Source: Robiginitomaculum sp.
Lineage (GTDB): Bacteria > Pseudomonadota > Alphaproteobacteria > Caulobacterales > Maricaulaceae
Assembly: GCA_002733605.1 (NCBI GenBank)
Contig: NVWK01000012.1
Coordinates: forward strand, 16,506-80,505
Direction: 5' to 3'
Length of the DNA: 64,000 nt
Shown: in pieces, positions 20,790 to 31,450 of the stretch
How positions within the stretch are numbered: the stretch's first letter is position 1
How the letters are laid out: each line of letters begins with the position of its first letter
Position numbers and translations under genes: made by a program
The notes under the pieces: generated by a model
Database searches by the model: none
Told to the model about the DNA's origin: nothing
What the model saw: only the letters and a program-made list of their open reading frames with translations

Positions 20790-20880
20790 AACGCCCGTCC
20801 TTACGCTGGTCTAATCCAGATCAAGTTATAAGGGTGCGTCTCAATCCCGCATACTGCGGGATGCCCCTCGGATGGATGGC
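20790..20880 (-). promoter_or_regulatory. TPP (THI-box) riboswitch
   Basis: The reverse strand reads GAGGGGCAUCCCGCAGUAUGCGGGAUUGAGACGCACCCUUAUAACUUGAUCUGGAUUAGACCAGCGUAAGGACGGG. It contains the conserved GGGG..., UGAGA, ACCCUU, UGAUCUGGAU.A..CCAGCGUA.GGA elements. Its 3' side lies within about 10 nt of the MBL-gene ATG. Confidence 0.85.
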
Positions 20881-20916
20881 TTATGACACGGGGGGACCTT
20901 TCCTACAAGAGGGTGG

Positions 20917-21285
20917 CTATTGGTTTAGCCCCAGTTCTTTTTGTAGCTTTTTGGTCAGCCCCAACGAGACGATGCGGTAGCTTTGCTTGATATAGTCTTT
21001 CAAATCCACATCACTCATGCTCTCGGTGCCTGTGCGCTGTATCCATTTCAGACCACGAGAGGCCAAATAAGGCGCAGGGCGACAGCCCGGCGCATCGCGA
21101 AGCATTTCAAACCCGATTTCGGAGGTCTTAAAGGTCACACAAAATCCTACACCCTCATTCCAACCACCAATCGCAAATACCTTGGCCCCGATTTTCCACA
21201 CATCTGCCCCACCCCATTGCACCACATGGGTCGTGTGGGGAAGTCCCTCGCAAAAACTGTTAAATTCATCTTGTGTCATGCTCAT
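20917..21285 (-). CDS. MmcQ/YjbR family DNA-binding protein
   Basis: FCEGLPHTTHVVQWGGADVWKIGAKVFAIGGW pattern typical of the YjbR fold family. The ATG overlaps the upstream gene's stop (ATGA). Confidence 0.7.
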   Translation of the reverse strand: MSMTQDEFNSFCEGLPHTTHVVQWGGADVWKIGAKVFAIGGWNEGVGFCVTFKTSEIGFEMLRDAPGCRPAPYLASRGLKWIQRTGTESMSDVDLKDYIKQSYRIVSLGLTKKLQKELGLNQ

Positions 21286-22874
21286 CACCAATGCCTGTCT
21301 TTTAAAATAACATGTGCAGCATTATGTCCCGGCGCACCGGTTACCCCACCACCGGGATGCGTACCGGAACCGCACATATACAAGCCCTTGATCGGGGAGC
21401 GGTACGTCCCATGCCCCAAGACGGGACGGGCAGAGAACAATTGGTCGAGGCTCATCCGGCCATGGAATATATCCCCGCCGACAAGGCCTAATTTGCGCTC
21501 GAGATCAAGGGGCGAGAGCACTTGGCGTCCCAATACGGATTTTTTGAAACCGGGCGCATATTGATCGACCGTGTTGATGATGTGATCAGCGGCGCTCTCA
21601 CGCAGATCATCCCATGTTTGACCGTCCGGTAGATCATAGGAAAATTGCTGGCAAAACAGGCTCGCTACATGTTTGCCTTTGGGCGCGAGGGTGTCGTCAA
21701 GGGTGGACGGGATGAGCATTTCTATGATCGGCGCGTCCGACCAACCTTTGGCTTTGGCCGAGAGCCACGCCTCGTCCATATAAGCGAGGCTCGGCGCGAT
21801 GACGATGCCGGATGTGAGATAATCAAAGCCTTTGGGGGCATTGGTAAATACGGGTAATTTATCTAGGGCCACATTCATCCGAAACGTTCCTGAATGGGAT
21901 TTGTAGTTTTGAATACGGGTCCTAAAATCTGTGGGTAAGGCATCCTTCTCTATGAGGTTTTCATACAGGATTTTGGGATGTACGCCCGCCGCAATGACAG
22001 GCGCTGTGTAGGTTTGATCTCCTGCCCTGACACCATATGCTTTGGCGTCTTTGACGAGGATTTCGTCAACGGGCGTATCTGTTAAAATATCGATGCCCTG
22101 CGCCCTACAGGCACGTTCCATAGCTTGGGTGATGGCCCCCATACCACCGATTGCGTGGCCCCATGCGCCTTTCACGCCGCCCGCTTCGCCAAAGACATGA
22201 TGGAGGAGCACATAGGCCGATCCCGGCTCATTGGGCGAGGCGAAATGACCGACAATAGCGTCGAACCCGAACAGGGCTTTCACTGCGTCATGCTCGAAAT
22301 ATTGATCCAGAATTTCTGTGGCAGATTTGGTAAAAAAATCGAGAAAATTACGCTGGGCTTCAAGCGAGAGCTTCCGCATCCGGTTGCCGGTTTTTAGAAG
22401 CGCCAGTAAATCCCCTAGTCCACCGCCCGCATTCGGAGGGACCACCAGTAAAAATTCACGGATGCAATCGACAATTTCGTCGAGTGCCTTCTCATATCGC
22501 GGGTAAGCGTGAGCATCGTTTGTACTCAAACGGGCAATTTCACGCGCTGTTAAACCATTCCGCCCTGCCAGCAAATATCCATCCGCCAACGGCAAATAAT
22601 TATCGACTTTACGTAATACGACCTTAAGCCCGTGATGCGTCAAATCCATATCTTCTATGATTTTTGGTTGCAGTAGGGACACCGTGTAGGCCGCAACAGA
22701 ATTGCGAAATCCCTCTTCTCCCTGACGATAAAATTCTTCAGTAATGGCAGCGCCGCCGACAATTGGGTTGCGCTCTATTACACAGGTTTTCAGCCCCTTA
22801 CGCGCCAGATAAAATGCGCAGACCAAGCCGTTATGTCCACCGCCCACAAGGATCGCATCATAGTTTTTCATCAT
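21285..22874 (-). CDS. NAD(P)/FAD-dependent oxidoreductase (phytoene-desaturase-like family)
   Basis: N-terminal Rossmann motif YDAILVGGGHNGLVCAFYLARKGLKTCVIERNPIVGGAA. 529 aa. C-terminal GLYMCGSGTHPGGGVTGAPGHNAA. Confidence 0.85.
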   Translation of the reverse strand: MMKNYDAILVGGGHNGLVCAFYLARKGLKTCVIERNPIVGGAAITEEFYRQGEEGFRNSVAAYTVSLLQPKIIEDMDLTHHGLKVVLRKVDNYLPLADGYLLAGRNGLTAREIARLSTNDAHAYPRYEKALDEIVDCIREFLLVVPPNAGGGLGDLLALLKTGNRMRKLSLEAQRNFLDFFTKSATEILDQYFEHDAVKALFGFDAIVGHFASPNEPGSAYVLLHHVFGEAGGVKGAWGHAIGGMGAITQAMERACRAQGIDILTDTPVDEILVKDAKAYGVRAGDQTYTAPVIAAGVHPKILYENLIEKDALPTDFRTRIQNYKSHSGTFRMNVALDKLPVFTNAPKGFDYLTSGIVIAPSLAYMDEAWLSAKAKGWSDAPIIEMLIPSTLDDTLAPKGKHVASLFCQQFSYDLPDGQTWDDLRESAADHIINTVDQYAPGFKKSVLGRQVLSPLDLERKLGLVGGDIFHGRMSLDQLFSARPVLGHGTYRSPIKGLYMCGSGTHPGGGVTGAPGHNAAHVILKDRHW

Positions 22875-22957
22875 AGATCAACCATATGCAAACCCCGTCC
22901 CGAATACAAGTTTGGCATTGTCACATTTCTTACACATCCATTCGCTAAGCTTTGGCT

Positions 22958-23731
22958 ATGAATACCGTCACCCCCACTGTTTCCCAAAGAACCTATAACA
23001 GTATTTTTATCAGTGATATTCATTTGGGAAGCAAAGGCTGCCAAGCCGACGCATTGTGTATTTTTTTAAAACAGAATACGTGTGAGAATCTGTTCTTGGT
23101 CGGTGATATTATTGATGGTTGGCGGATGCGGAAAAAATGGTATTGGCCGCAAAGCCACACCAATGTTATTCGCCGCATTCTTACGGCTGCAAAACGGGAT
23201 ACGAAGGTACATTATATCATCGGCAATCATGATGAATTTCTGCGCGCCTTCATGCGCTACGGGATCAGTTTTGGCCGGATTAAAATCTCCAACCGCTATA
23301 AATACAGAGGGCTTGATGGTAATTTATATCTTGTCACCCACGGGGATATGTTTGACGGGTTGATGCGTTCTGACCGTAAATGGATCATGTTTTTGGGGGA
23401 CAATCTTTATAACTTTCTGATCTGGGTGAATGTGAAATTTAATTTCTTTCGCAAGCTTATGGGTCTGCCCTATTGGAGCCTGTCCAAATATCTTAAAACC
23501 CGCACAAAAAAAGCCCTAAGCTTCATCCATAGTTTTGAGGATCATGTGGCTGGGTATTGCAAACGCAAAGGGTTTGCCGGCGTCATATGCGGGCATATCC
23601 ATGTTGCGGAAATCCGTAAAATTGGTGAAATCATCTATATGAATGACGGGGACTGGGTTGAAAGTTGCACCGCCCTTGTCGAGCACCATGATGGCCGTTG
23701 GGAATTATTACATCACGAGAGCCAACACTAG
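22958..23731 (+). CDS. calcineurin-like metallophosphoesterase, LpxH-like (putative UDP-2,3-diacylglucosamine diphosphatase)
   Basis: Motifs SDIHLG, GDIIDGW, GNHDEF and CGHIH in canonical order. ATG at 22958; the track start at 22952 is a TTG. The substrate assignment is by family resemblance only. Confidence 0.65.
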   Translation: MNTVTPTVSQRTYNSIFISDIHLGSKGCQADALCIFLKQNTCENLFLVGDIIDGWRMRKKWYWPQSHTNVIRRILTAAKRDTKVHYIIGNHDEFLRAFMRYGISFGRIKISNRYKYRGLDGNLYLVTHGDMFDGLMRSDRKWIMFLGDNLYNFLIWVNVKFNFFRKLMGLPYWSLSKYLKTRTKKALSFIHSFEDHVAGYCKRKGFAGVICGHIHVAEIRKIGEIIYMNDGDWVESCTALVEHHDGRWELLHHESQH

Positions 23732-23795
23732 GCTTCCCTCGATTGCAATTTTAGAACATACTCCCATCCAGAACATTCCAGTGCGGGAGGGCATT

Positions 23796-24335
23796 ATGGC
23801 ATCACCAGAAGACATGGCGAAGACAATGATTGCAAATTTAGCGGCAAATACAGGGAAAGCTTTGCCGGAATGGTTGAAAACCACCAAGGCAAGCGGACTT
23901 GAGAAGCACGGGCAAATTCTCAAAATGCTTAAAACCGACCATGGTATGACCCATGGATATGCCAATATGATCGCCGCTAAAACACTGGAAACCGGCGAAG
24001 ATGTCGATTTAGTTGCTGTGCAATATAGCGGTGCCAAAGCCTCCTTAAAACCCGTTTATGACGCGCTCATCACCTATATAAAGACGTTCGAAGGCATTGA
24101 AATCGCGCCTAAGAAAGCCAGTGTTAGCTTGCGTCGTGCCAAGCAATTCGCGCTGATCACACCTGCGACTAAAACACGTATTGATCTTGGGCTTGCCTTA
24201 AAAGGCGAGGACATCACCGATAGGCTGGAAAAATATAATGCTATGTGTAGCCACCGTGTCCGGCTGGAAACGGTTGAGGACATAGACATGGATGTTAAAA
24301 ACTGGCTAAAGCTCGCATATGAACGCGCTGGCTAG
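23796..24335 (+). CDS. DUF4287/DUF5655-like protein
   Basis: ATG 23796 is preceded by GGGAGG. The N-terminal MASPEDMAKTMIANLAANTGKALPEWL... pattern resembles DUF4287. The rest of the longer track ORF overlaps the previous gene. Confidence 0.55.
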   Translation: MASPEDMAKTMIANLAANTGKALPEWLKTTKASGLEKHGQILKMLKTDHGMTHGYANMIAAKTLETGEDVDLVAVQYSGAKASLKPVYDALITYIKTFEGIEIAPKKASVSLRRAKQFALITPATKTRIDLGLALKGEDITDRLEKYNAMCSHRVRLETVEDIDMDVKNWLKLAYERAG

Positions 24336-24344
24336 CGCCTTTTT

Positions 24345-25544
24345 CTAACAACAACTTTCCCGCTGGCTTGGATCTGTGGTCAGTTTCGGAGCCCCTTTTT
24401 TGGTTTCTTGAGGGTCACGGCGGCGAACGCCACAATCAGACGTAGGCCATTCAATGCGTTCGGTAATTTCAACCAGCGGCTCAATATAGCTAAATTGTCC
24501 GGCGTACGGTTCTTGTTGCAAAAGTTTGAAGGTTTTTTCGCAAACGGCAGAGCGTTCGCCGCGCCGGAAAACATGACCGTCATCATCCTGTATATTGCGC
24601 CATGGGCCATTGTAAATGACAGCTTGGTTCTTCTCCAGACATTCACCCTGTTTACCTTTATAGGCCAGATAGGTGGCTGAGCGGTATTCTATACCTTCGA
24701 CGGTTTGCCATGGTTCCAATTCGAATTTATCAATGGTGATCCCGTGAAATCCGGCCTGTTCAAGGGCTTGGCCAAAGCCTTCTTCTGTCAAAGCCCCTGA
24801 AATACAGCCAGACCAGAGACGGGCGTCCTGCTTTAAACTCTCGGGACTATCCTCGTCGGAAATGATGTCGGATACGGCCACACGGCCCCCGACTTTCAAA
24901 ACACGGAACATCTCGGCAAAGAGTTGCCTCTTTTTGGAATCAGAGACGAGATTTAACACGCAATTGGACACAATCACATCAATGCTATTGTCGGGGATCA
25001 TTGGCAGCTCGGTTTGCAGGCGCAGAATTTCGGCCTCCATCGCTTCCATGCCGCCAGCGTCTTTCACAGGGTTGGCCGCCAGCCATGTGTTCAACTGGTC
25101 AAGATCGGTTTTTAAATCCTCGATATGGCCACGCTTGAACTCTACATTTGCATAGCCAAGGCGCTCAGAAATGATCGGCGCATTGGTGCGGGCCAGATCA
25201 AGCATATCATCGGTCATGTCGACGCCGATCACCCTGCCCTTTGGCCCGACAATTTGGGAAGCAATGAAACAAATTTTGCCGCCGCCGGAGCCAAGATCAA
25301 GCACGGTTTCTCCCTCGCGCACATAGCGCGACGGGTCACCACAGCCATAATCCCGATCTAGAACGTCTTGGGGGATGATTTTTAAATATTGGGGATCATA
25401 ATCAACCGGGCAGCACAAAGCCGCTTCAACTTCGTTGGCGCCGCTCGCATATCTTTCTTGTACATCGCTCCGTACATCTGCATTTGTAGCCTGTGCACTT
25501 GTAGCTTGTGCATTTGTTGCATGCGTATCGCTTAACCCATCCAT
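24345..25544 (-). CDS. SAM-dependent methyltransferase, ArsM-like, with a C-terminal Cys-containing extension
   Basis: SAM motif I (VLDLGSGGGKICF...VIGVDMTDDML), an upstream Cys pair (ALCCP) and DYGCGDP. ATG 25544 is preceded by AAGGAAG. ATG 25574 is an alternative start. Confidence 0.8.
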   Translation of the reverse strand: MDGLSDTHATNAQATSAQATNADVRSDVQERYASGANEVEAALCCPVDYDPQYLKIIPQDVLDRDYGCGDPSRYVREGETVLDLGSGGGKICFIASQIVGPKGRVIGVDMTDDMLDLARTNAPIISERLGYANVEFKRGHIEDLKTDLDQLNTWLAANPVKDAGGMEAMEAEILRLQTELPMIPDNSIDVIVSNCVLNLVSDSKKRQLFAEMFRVLKVGGRVAVSDIISDEDSPESLKQDARLWSGCISGALTEEGFGQALEQAGFHGITIDKFELEPWQTVEGIEYRSATYLAYKGKQGECLEKNQAVIYNGPWRNIQDDDGHVFRRGERSAVCEKTFKLLQQEPYAGQFSYIEPLVEITERIEWPTSDCGVRRRDPQETKKGAPKLTTDPSQRESCC

Positions 25545-25739
25545 AGCTCTTCCTTTATTGTTTGTGTGCAACATAGGCCTGTTGCGCGTTCTGGCAAGGA
25601 CTGGACGCTATAAATCTGTCACAAATTTGTGAGTTTCCGTGAAGACACAACCAGAGCGCAAGTGATCTTTCTGGACATATAGACTTGGGGTGGATACCAT
25701 TTGCGCAACAATGATTACGGGCATTACGGGGAGATGAAA

Positions 25740-26639
25740 ATGAAAAGACATTCACTATACACAGGGCGAATTTATATGGGGCTAATCCCCTTGATTTGCG
25801 GCACTGTTCTTATGGGATGCCAAGCCAAAACGGAAAGCCCGGTAGAAACGCAGACAGCCACCAACTTACCCAGCTTGGAAAAAGTATGGGAAACGGCAGG
25901 ATTTGATACGCCGGAATGCTTGTTGCTCAGTCCGGATAAATCGTTTCTCTATCTTAGCAATATGAACGGCGATGGGAGCGAACATGACGGAAATGGCTAT
26001 ATTTCAAAACTTTCTCCCGACGGGGCAATCCTCACCAAAGAATGGGTGACGGGTCTTGATGCGCCCAAGGGTATGGAGTTGGACGGCAACACGCTTTATG
26101 TTTCCGATATCGACAAGCTGATTGCGATTAATACGCAAACTGGTGAGATTACCAAATCTCTTGTTGGCCCCGGCGCATTGTTTTTAAATGATGTCGTCGT
26201 TGTCCCCGGCCTCGGCGTTCTGGTCAGCGATTCCCAAACCCAAAGCATTTTCCTCTATGACGGCGAGGTATTTGAGCTCTGGATGCAAGATGATCAACTG
26301 GACGGGATTAACGGGCTCACACTTCACGAGGGGCATGTGCTTATCATGACAATGACTAAGGGCGAGCTTCTGTCTTTGGATGTGCATGACAAAACCCTGA
26401 GCGTTCTTGCAGGCGGTATGGAAAATGCGGACGGGGTTAAGGTGCTCCGCGACGGGAGCTATATAACATCAAGTTGGCCGGGCCAGCTTTGGCATGTCTC
26501 CAAAGACGGCAAAACCAACCTGCTACAGGACACAAGCGCGCAAGAGATTTACATGAATGATTTCGATCTAGATGGCAATACGATTTACATCGCCAATCTA
26601 AACCGGGGCACCGTGCAGGCGATTGAGATCAAGTTCTAG
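25740..26639 (+). CDS. lipoprotein, probable beta-propeller (SGL/NHL-like) protein
   Basis: Lipobox VLMGC. Repeated strand-rich modules (...LYVSD..., ...VLVSD..., ...IYIAN...). GGGGAG lies upstream of ATG 25740. The fold call is inference. Confidence 0.55.
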   Translation: MKRHSLYTGRIYMGLIPLICGTVLMGCQAKTESPVETQTATNLPSLEKVWETAGFDTPECLLLSPDKSFLYLSNMNGDGSEHDGNGYISKLSPDGAILTKEWVTGLDAPKGMELDGNTLYVSDIDKLIAINTQTGEITKSLVGPGALFLNDVVVVPGLGVLVSDSQTQSIFLYDGEVFELWMQDDQLDGINGLTLHEGHVLIMTMTKGELLSLDVHDKTLSVLAGGMENADGVKVLRDGSYITSSWPGQLWHVSKDGKTNLLQDTSAQEIYMNDFDLDGNTIYIANLNRGTVQAIEIKF

Positions 26640-27928
26640 GCTTTAAACGGGTCACGCATCAAAATCACATCTTCGCGTTCAGGCGAAGTGGAAATCATGG
26701 CCGCAGGCACGCCGATTAATTCTTCGATCCGGCGAATATATTTGATGGCCTGAGCGGGCAATTCGGCTGTGGTGCGCGCACCCGCAGTCGAGCCGGACCA
26801 GCCCTCCATGCTTTCATAGACAGGTTCGACGGCGGCTTGATTGGCGGCACCGGCAGGGAAACGGCGGAGGCGCTTATCCCCTAATTTGTAGCCAATGCAG
26901 ATTTTCAATTCTGGCAGGCCGTCTAAAACATCCAGCTTGGTCAAAGCAATGCCGTCAATGCCGCCAGTTATAATTGCCTGGCGTACCATGGTGGCGTCAA
27001 ACCATCCACAACGGCGCTGACGTCCTGTGACCGTGCCAAATTCATGGCCGCGTTCCCCAAGGCGCTGGCCGACATCGTCATGAAGCTCTGTCGGAAATGG
27101 GCCCTCGCCTACGCGGGTGGTGTAAGCTTTGGTAATGCCAAGCACATAGTTCAAGGCCCGCGGCCCCATGCCTGTACCGCCGGCAGCTTGCCCGGCAGTG
27201 GTGTTGGACGAGGTCACAAACGGATAGGTGCCGTGATCAATATCGAGCATGGCCCCTTGTGCGCCCTCGAACAAAATACGTTTGTCTGCCCGGGCGGCTT
27301 CATCCAGCCTGTGCCAGACGGGGCCGGAGAATGGCAGGATTTTTGGCGCAATCTCCAACAATTTCTTGGTCAACGCGTCCGCATCAACGGGTGGATGACC
27401 AAGGCCTTTGCGAAGCGCATTGTGATGGTGCAACATGTTGGCGACACGGGCCGGAAGCCCTTCCTCATCAGCAAGGTCACAAACGCGGATTGCGCGGCGA
27501 GCGACTTTGTCTTCATAGGCCGGGCCAATACCGCGCTTTGTCGTACCGATTTTAACACCATCAGCCCGGTTCTCGCGAATAGCGTCCAGTTCCCCGTGCA
27601 CAGGCAGGATCAATGTGGCGATTTCCGAGATAACCAGATTATCAGGAGTGATTTTGACGCCCTGCTCGCGAATGCGGGTCATTTCCGTGATTAAAGCCCA
27701 TGGATCGATCACAACGCCATTGCCGATGACAGACAGCTTACCCCCACGGACAACACCAGACGGCAAGAGGCTTAATTTGTAAACAACACCGTCAACAACC
27801 AGAGTGTGGCCAGCATTATGCCCACCTTGAAAACGGGCAATCACATCGGCCCGGCTCGAGAGCCAGTCCACGATTTTCCCTTTGCCTTCATCTCCCCACT
27901 GGGAGCCAACAACAACAACATTTGCCAC
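26636..27928 (-). CDS. purA: adenylosuccinate synthase
   Basis: [12 protein letters not shown]-loop, GGHNAGHT and [14 protein letters not shown] motifs. GTG start preceded by AAGGA. Confidence 0.97.
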   Translation of the reverse strand: MANVVVVGSQWGDEGKGKIVDWLSSRADVIARFQGGHNAGHTLVVDGVVYKLSLLPSGVVRGGKLSVIGNGVVIDPWALITEMTRIREQGVKITPDNLVISEIATLILPVHGELDAIRENRADGVKIGTTKRGIGPAYEDKVARRAIRVCDLADEEGLPARVANMLHHHNALRKGLGHPPVDADALTKKLLEIAPKILPFSGPVWHRLDEAARADKRILFEGAQGAMLDIDHGTYPFVTSSNTTAGQAAGGTGMGPRALNYVLGITKAYTTRVGEGPFPTELHDDVGQRLGERGHEFGTVTGRQRRCGWFDATMVRQAIITGGIDGIALTKLDVLDGLPELKICIGYKLGDKRLRRFPAGAANQAAVEPVYESMEGWSGSTAGARTTAELPAQAIKYIRRIEELIGVPAAMISTSPEREDVILMRDPFKA

Positions 27929-27943
27929 TTTAGAATCCTTTAT

Positions 27944-28567
27944 TTAAAACCGATGCGCGAGGCGAACGCCAACACTGTTCGCGCCTTCATTTTCTGGTCC
28001 ACCCAAGAGTTGACCATGACTTAGATGTTCATAGGTGATTTCACCAGCCCATTTGTCATTAAATCTGTAGCCAAGGGCGAAATTTTCCCGAAACAATACG
28101 CGCGAGCCAAATTCGATCTCCGCCGCTTTACGCGCATGGCGAATATCCACTTCCTCTGGCGTTGTTGCGTCAATAGGGTTTGGGGTGCGGACATGGCCCG
28201 AGTGCACAACCAAGCCAAAGGAAAAATCTGCATAAAAATTATTCCAGAACGCGCCGCGCCAAACAACACCGCCGCCGCCATGAGATGTTTCTGCCTCAAG
28301 ATTGAGCGTACCGCCCACATAAGGCCGCGCCCCCCAAGCCCAATCGAGCCAATCCGGTGTATCCCAGATATATTCGGCGGTCAAAGACATGCTTTGTTCC
28401 TTGCCGTGCTTGCCACCAAATACCAAATCTTCGAAAAACTCTCCGTCATGGAGCGAGACACCCGCGCGCATTTCGTCTGCCTGTGCAGACAAAGTGCCGC
28501 CGAGCAGAATAAACAAGCCCAGCAGACCCGCACGCAAGACTTGACGTAAGACTTGAAATTTTTTCAT
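27944..28567 (-). CDS. acyloxyacyl hydrolase / PagL-like outer-membrane lipid A deacylase family
   Basis: Signal peptide, a beta-barrel-like alternating pattern, a HLSHG...ENEGANS block and a terminal aromatic residue (RLAHRF). Confidence 0.6.
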   Translation of the reverse strand: MKKFQVLRQVLRAGLLGLFILLGGTLSAQADEMRAGVSLHDGEFFEDLVFGGKHGKEQSMSLTAEYIWDTPDWLDWAWGARPYVGGTLNLEAETSHGGGGVVWRGAFWNNFYADFSFGLVVHSGHVRTPNPIDATTPEEVDIRHARKAAEIEFGSRVLFRENFALGYRFNDKWAGEITYEHLSHGQLLGGPENEGANSVGVRLAHRF

Positions 28568-28670
28568 GTGCAAGCCCCGCCTCTGAATTGAAGGTTTCAA
28601 CAGACGAGGACTAACACACTTTGCTGCTCTGTGTAGGCAAAAAATGCCATTTTAAAAATTAAGAGCCCGG

Positions 28671-30245
28671 TTAAAAACTAAGAGCGCGGACAAATTTTAC
28701 CTGATCAAACTTGGAGATTTTATTCTGAATGTCTTCACAAACCGGAGCGTCAACCGACACCAAACAGATCGCACTGCCGCCCTGATGATCACGTCCGAGC
28801 GCAAACGTCGCGATATTGACCTTGCTCTCGCCAAGCAAGCTCCCGACAGCCCCGATAAAACCGGGTTTATCTTCGTTACGAACATAAAGCATATTGGGTG
28901 CGAAATCTGCATCCATTGGCACACCAAACAGATTGATCAAATGTGGTTCCCCGCCGTAGATCGTACCGGACACCTCATAGGTTTTGTCCTTAACGGTGAG
29001 AATCAGTTTGATTAAATTGTCGTGATTTTCGGCTGATTCCAGTGTGGATTCCTTCACCTCTATGCCTCTGTCCCGCGCAATCGCAGGCGCAGAGACCATA
29101 TTCACTTCCGGCATCATCGGCTTCAACAATCCGGCCAAAGCCGCTGCCGTCATAGGCTTGGTGTTAAGCTTGGCGACATTGCCCTGATAGCAAAATTCGA
29201 CCGCGTCTACAGGCTCGCTTAATAACTGGCCTGTCATTGCGCCCAGTTTTTTTGCCAGTTCGACAAACGGTTTCAAGCGCGGGGCTTCATCGGCAGAAAT
29301 AGACGGGGTGTTGAGCGCATTCGAGACCGCGCCGCTGAGCAGATAATCAGCCATTTGTTCGGCGATTTGCACAGCCACATTCTCTTGTGCTTCAAGGGTT
29401 GAGGCACCCAAATGCGGCGTTGCAATGAAGTTTTTCGTGCCAAACAAAATGTTCTCTTTGGCAGGTTCAACACTAAATACGTCCAACGCAGCCGCGCGTA
29501 AATGCCCGCTTTCCAAAGCGTCTTTCACGGCCTCTTCATCCACCAATCCACCGCGAGCGGCATTGACAAGGATAAGACCCGGTTTGGTTTTGGCGAGCGC
29601 TTCTCGGCTAATAATGCCGCGTGTGCCATCAGTTAATGGCGTATGCAATGTAATCGCATCGGCGCGAGCGAAAATATCGTCCAGTTCAACCTTTTCCACA
29701 CCGATTTCAATCGCGCGCTCTTCGGTCAGATACGGGTCAAACGCAATCACTTTCATTTTTAGGCCCAAAGCCCGTTCAGATACCAATGCGCCGATATTGC
29801 CACAACCAATCACGCCCAAAGTTTTGTTATAAAGCTCGATCCCTTTGAAGTCAGACTTTGGCCATTCACCGTTTTGAGTACGGTTGGAAGCCGCCGGAAT
29901 TTGCCGTGCACAGGACAGCAGTAAAGCAATGGCGTGTTCGGCCGTTGTAATGGCATTGCCAAACGGGGTGTTCATCACGACAACACCACTGTTTGTGGCC
30001 GCGACCTTGTCGATATTATCCGTCCCGATACCGGCACGGCCAATGACCTTTAGATTGGTAGCGGCCGCAATAATGTCGGCGTCCGCAGTGGTGGAAGACC
30101 GGATGGCCAGACCATCGTATTCGGGAATGATTTTGATCAGTTCTTCTTTGGAAAGACCCGTAATGACATCAACATCGACGCCTCTATTTTTAAACACATC
30201 TCTTGCAGATGCTGACATCTTGTCAGAAATTAGAACTCTTACCAT
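28671..30245 (-). CDS. serA: D-3-phosphoglycerate dehydrogenase (long form with ASB and ACT domains)
   Basis: 2-hydroxyacid dehydrogenase motifs (GVIGCGNIGALV, NAARGGLVDE, TPHLGAST) plus a C-terminal ACT region. Adjacent to serC. Confidence 0.95.
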   Translation of the reverse strand: MVRVLISDKMSASARDVFKNRGVDVDVITGLSKEELIKIIPEYDGLAIRSSTTADADIIAAATNLKVIGRAGIGTDNIDKVAATNSGVVVMNTPFGNAITTAEHAIALLLSCARQIPAASNRTQNGEWPKSDFKGIELYNKTLGVIGCGNIGALVSERALGLKMKVIAFDPYLTEERAIEIGVEKVELDDIFARADAITLHTPLTDGTRGIISREALAKTKPGLILVNAARGGLVDEEAVKDALESGHLRAAALDVFSVEPAKENILFGTKNFIATPHLGASTLEAQENVAVQIAEQMADYLLSGAVSNALNTPSISADEAPRLKPFVELAKKLGAMTGQLLSEPVDAVEFCYQGNVAKLNTKPMTAAALAGLLKPMMPEVNMVSAPAIARDRGIEVKESTLESAENHDNLIKLILTVKDKTYEVSGTIYGGEPHLINLFGVPMDADFAPNMLYVRNEDKPGFIGAVGSLLGESKVNIATFALGRDHQGGSAICLVSVDAPVCEDIQNKISKFDQVKFVRALSF

Positions 30246-30283
30246 GAGAGTCTCCTTATTAAATAAATTGATTAAGTCGCGAC

Positions 30284-31450
30284 TTAAAATGTTTGGGCGG
30301 CGATGGTTTCAAAACCCCATTCCAGCCATGGCAATAAAGCCTCTATGTCAGATTTTGCGCACAAGCCGCTAGCCCACACCCGAAAGCCCGGAGGGGCCGT
30401 ACGATAAGATCCAAAATCAACAGCCACACCTTCATCACCGAGCAATTTAACAATTGCCCCTGCGAAGGCCCGTTGCCCATCAATGTCCAGAGCCTGAAAA
30501 CGCGGATCGACAATTTTCATGCATACGCCGGTATTCGAGCGTTGCTCGGCCACTGCGCACAGGTTTTCAATCCAGGGCGTGCGATCCATCCAATCCCATA
30601 AAGTCCGGGCATTTTCATCGGCACTGTCATGCATATATTGCAGGCCACCCTGCGCGCGCACCCACGTCAAAGCGTCCAGATGATCCTCGACACACATTAA
30701 AGACGGGGTGTTGATCGTCGCGCCTTTAAACAGGCCTTCGTTGATCTTGCCGCCTTTGGTCATGCGGAAAATTTTCGGGAGTGGCCAAGGCGGGGTATAG
30801 CTCTCCAAACGCTCTACAGCGCGCGGGGACAGGATCAACATGCCATGTGCAGCTTCGCCGCCCATGTTTTTCTGCCAAGAATAAGTAATAACGTCCAGTT
30901 TGTCCCACGGAAGTGGCTGGGCAAAAGCGGCAGAAGTCGCGTCACAAATCGTGATACCTTCGCGGTCCGCAGGAATGAAATCGGCGTTGGGGACTTTTAC
31001 GCCGCCGGTCGTACCGTTCCACGTAAAGACCAAATCCCGATCACCGGTATATTGGTCAAGATCAGGAAGCTTGCCATAATCTGCCGTTAAAATACGCACA
31101 TCTTTGAGGGGCAATTGGCTTTCGGCGTCTGTGACCCATGCTTGTCCAAAACTTTCCCAAGCCGCAACATCTACGCCGCGCGGGCCGAGCATTGACCACA
31201 TGGCCATTTCAACCGCGCCTGTATCGGAAGCCGGAACAATTGCAATCCGGTAGTCGCTCGGAACTTCGAGAACTTCACGGGTAAGGTCGATAATTTCTTT
31301 AAGTTTGGCTTTGCCAAGTGCACTGCGGTGAGAACGTCCAAGGGCGGCATCATTGAGAATGGCGGGTGTCCAACCGGGACGTTTTCTGGATGGTCCTGCT
31401 GAAAAACGGCCATCCTCCGGCTTCACAGCCGGGCGTGTTAGTGTCGTCAT
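30284..31450 (-). CDS. serC: phosphoserine aminotransferase
   Basis: MTTLTRPAVKPEDGRFSAGPSRKRPGW... N-terminus and a class-V aminotransferase body (ITYSWQKNMGGEA with the PLP lysine context). ATG at 31450; the longer track ORF is an upstream extension. Confidence 0.88.
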   Translation of the reverse strand: MTTLTRPAVKPEDGRFSAGPSRKRPGWTPAILNDAALGRSHRSALGKAKLKEIIDLTREVLEVPSDYRIAIVPASDTGAVEMAMWSMLGPRGVDVAAWESFGQAWVTDAESQLPLKDVRILTADYGKLPDLDQYTGDRDLVFTWNGTTGGVKVPNADFIPADREGITICDATSAAFAQPLPWDKLDVITYSWQKNMGGEAAHGMLILSPRAVERLESYTPPWPLPKIFRMTKGGKINEGLFKGATINTPSLMCVEDHLDALTWVRAQGGLQYMHDSADENARTLWDWMDRTPWIENLCAVAEQRSNTGVCMKIVDPRFQALDIDGQRAFAGAIVKLLGDEGVAVDFGSYRTAPPGFRVWASGLCAKSDIEALLPWLEWGFETIAAQTF

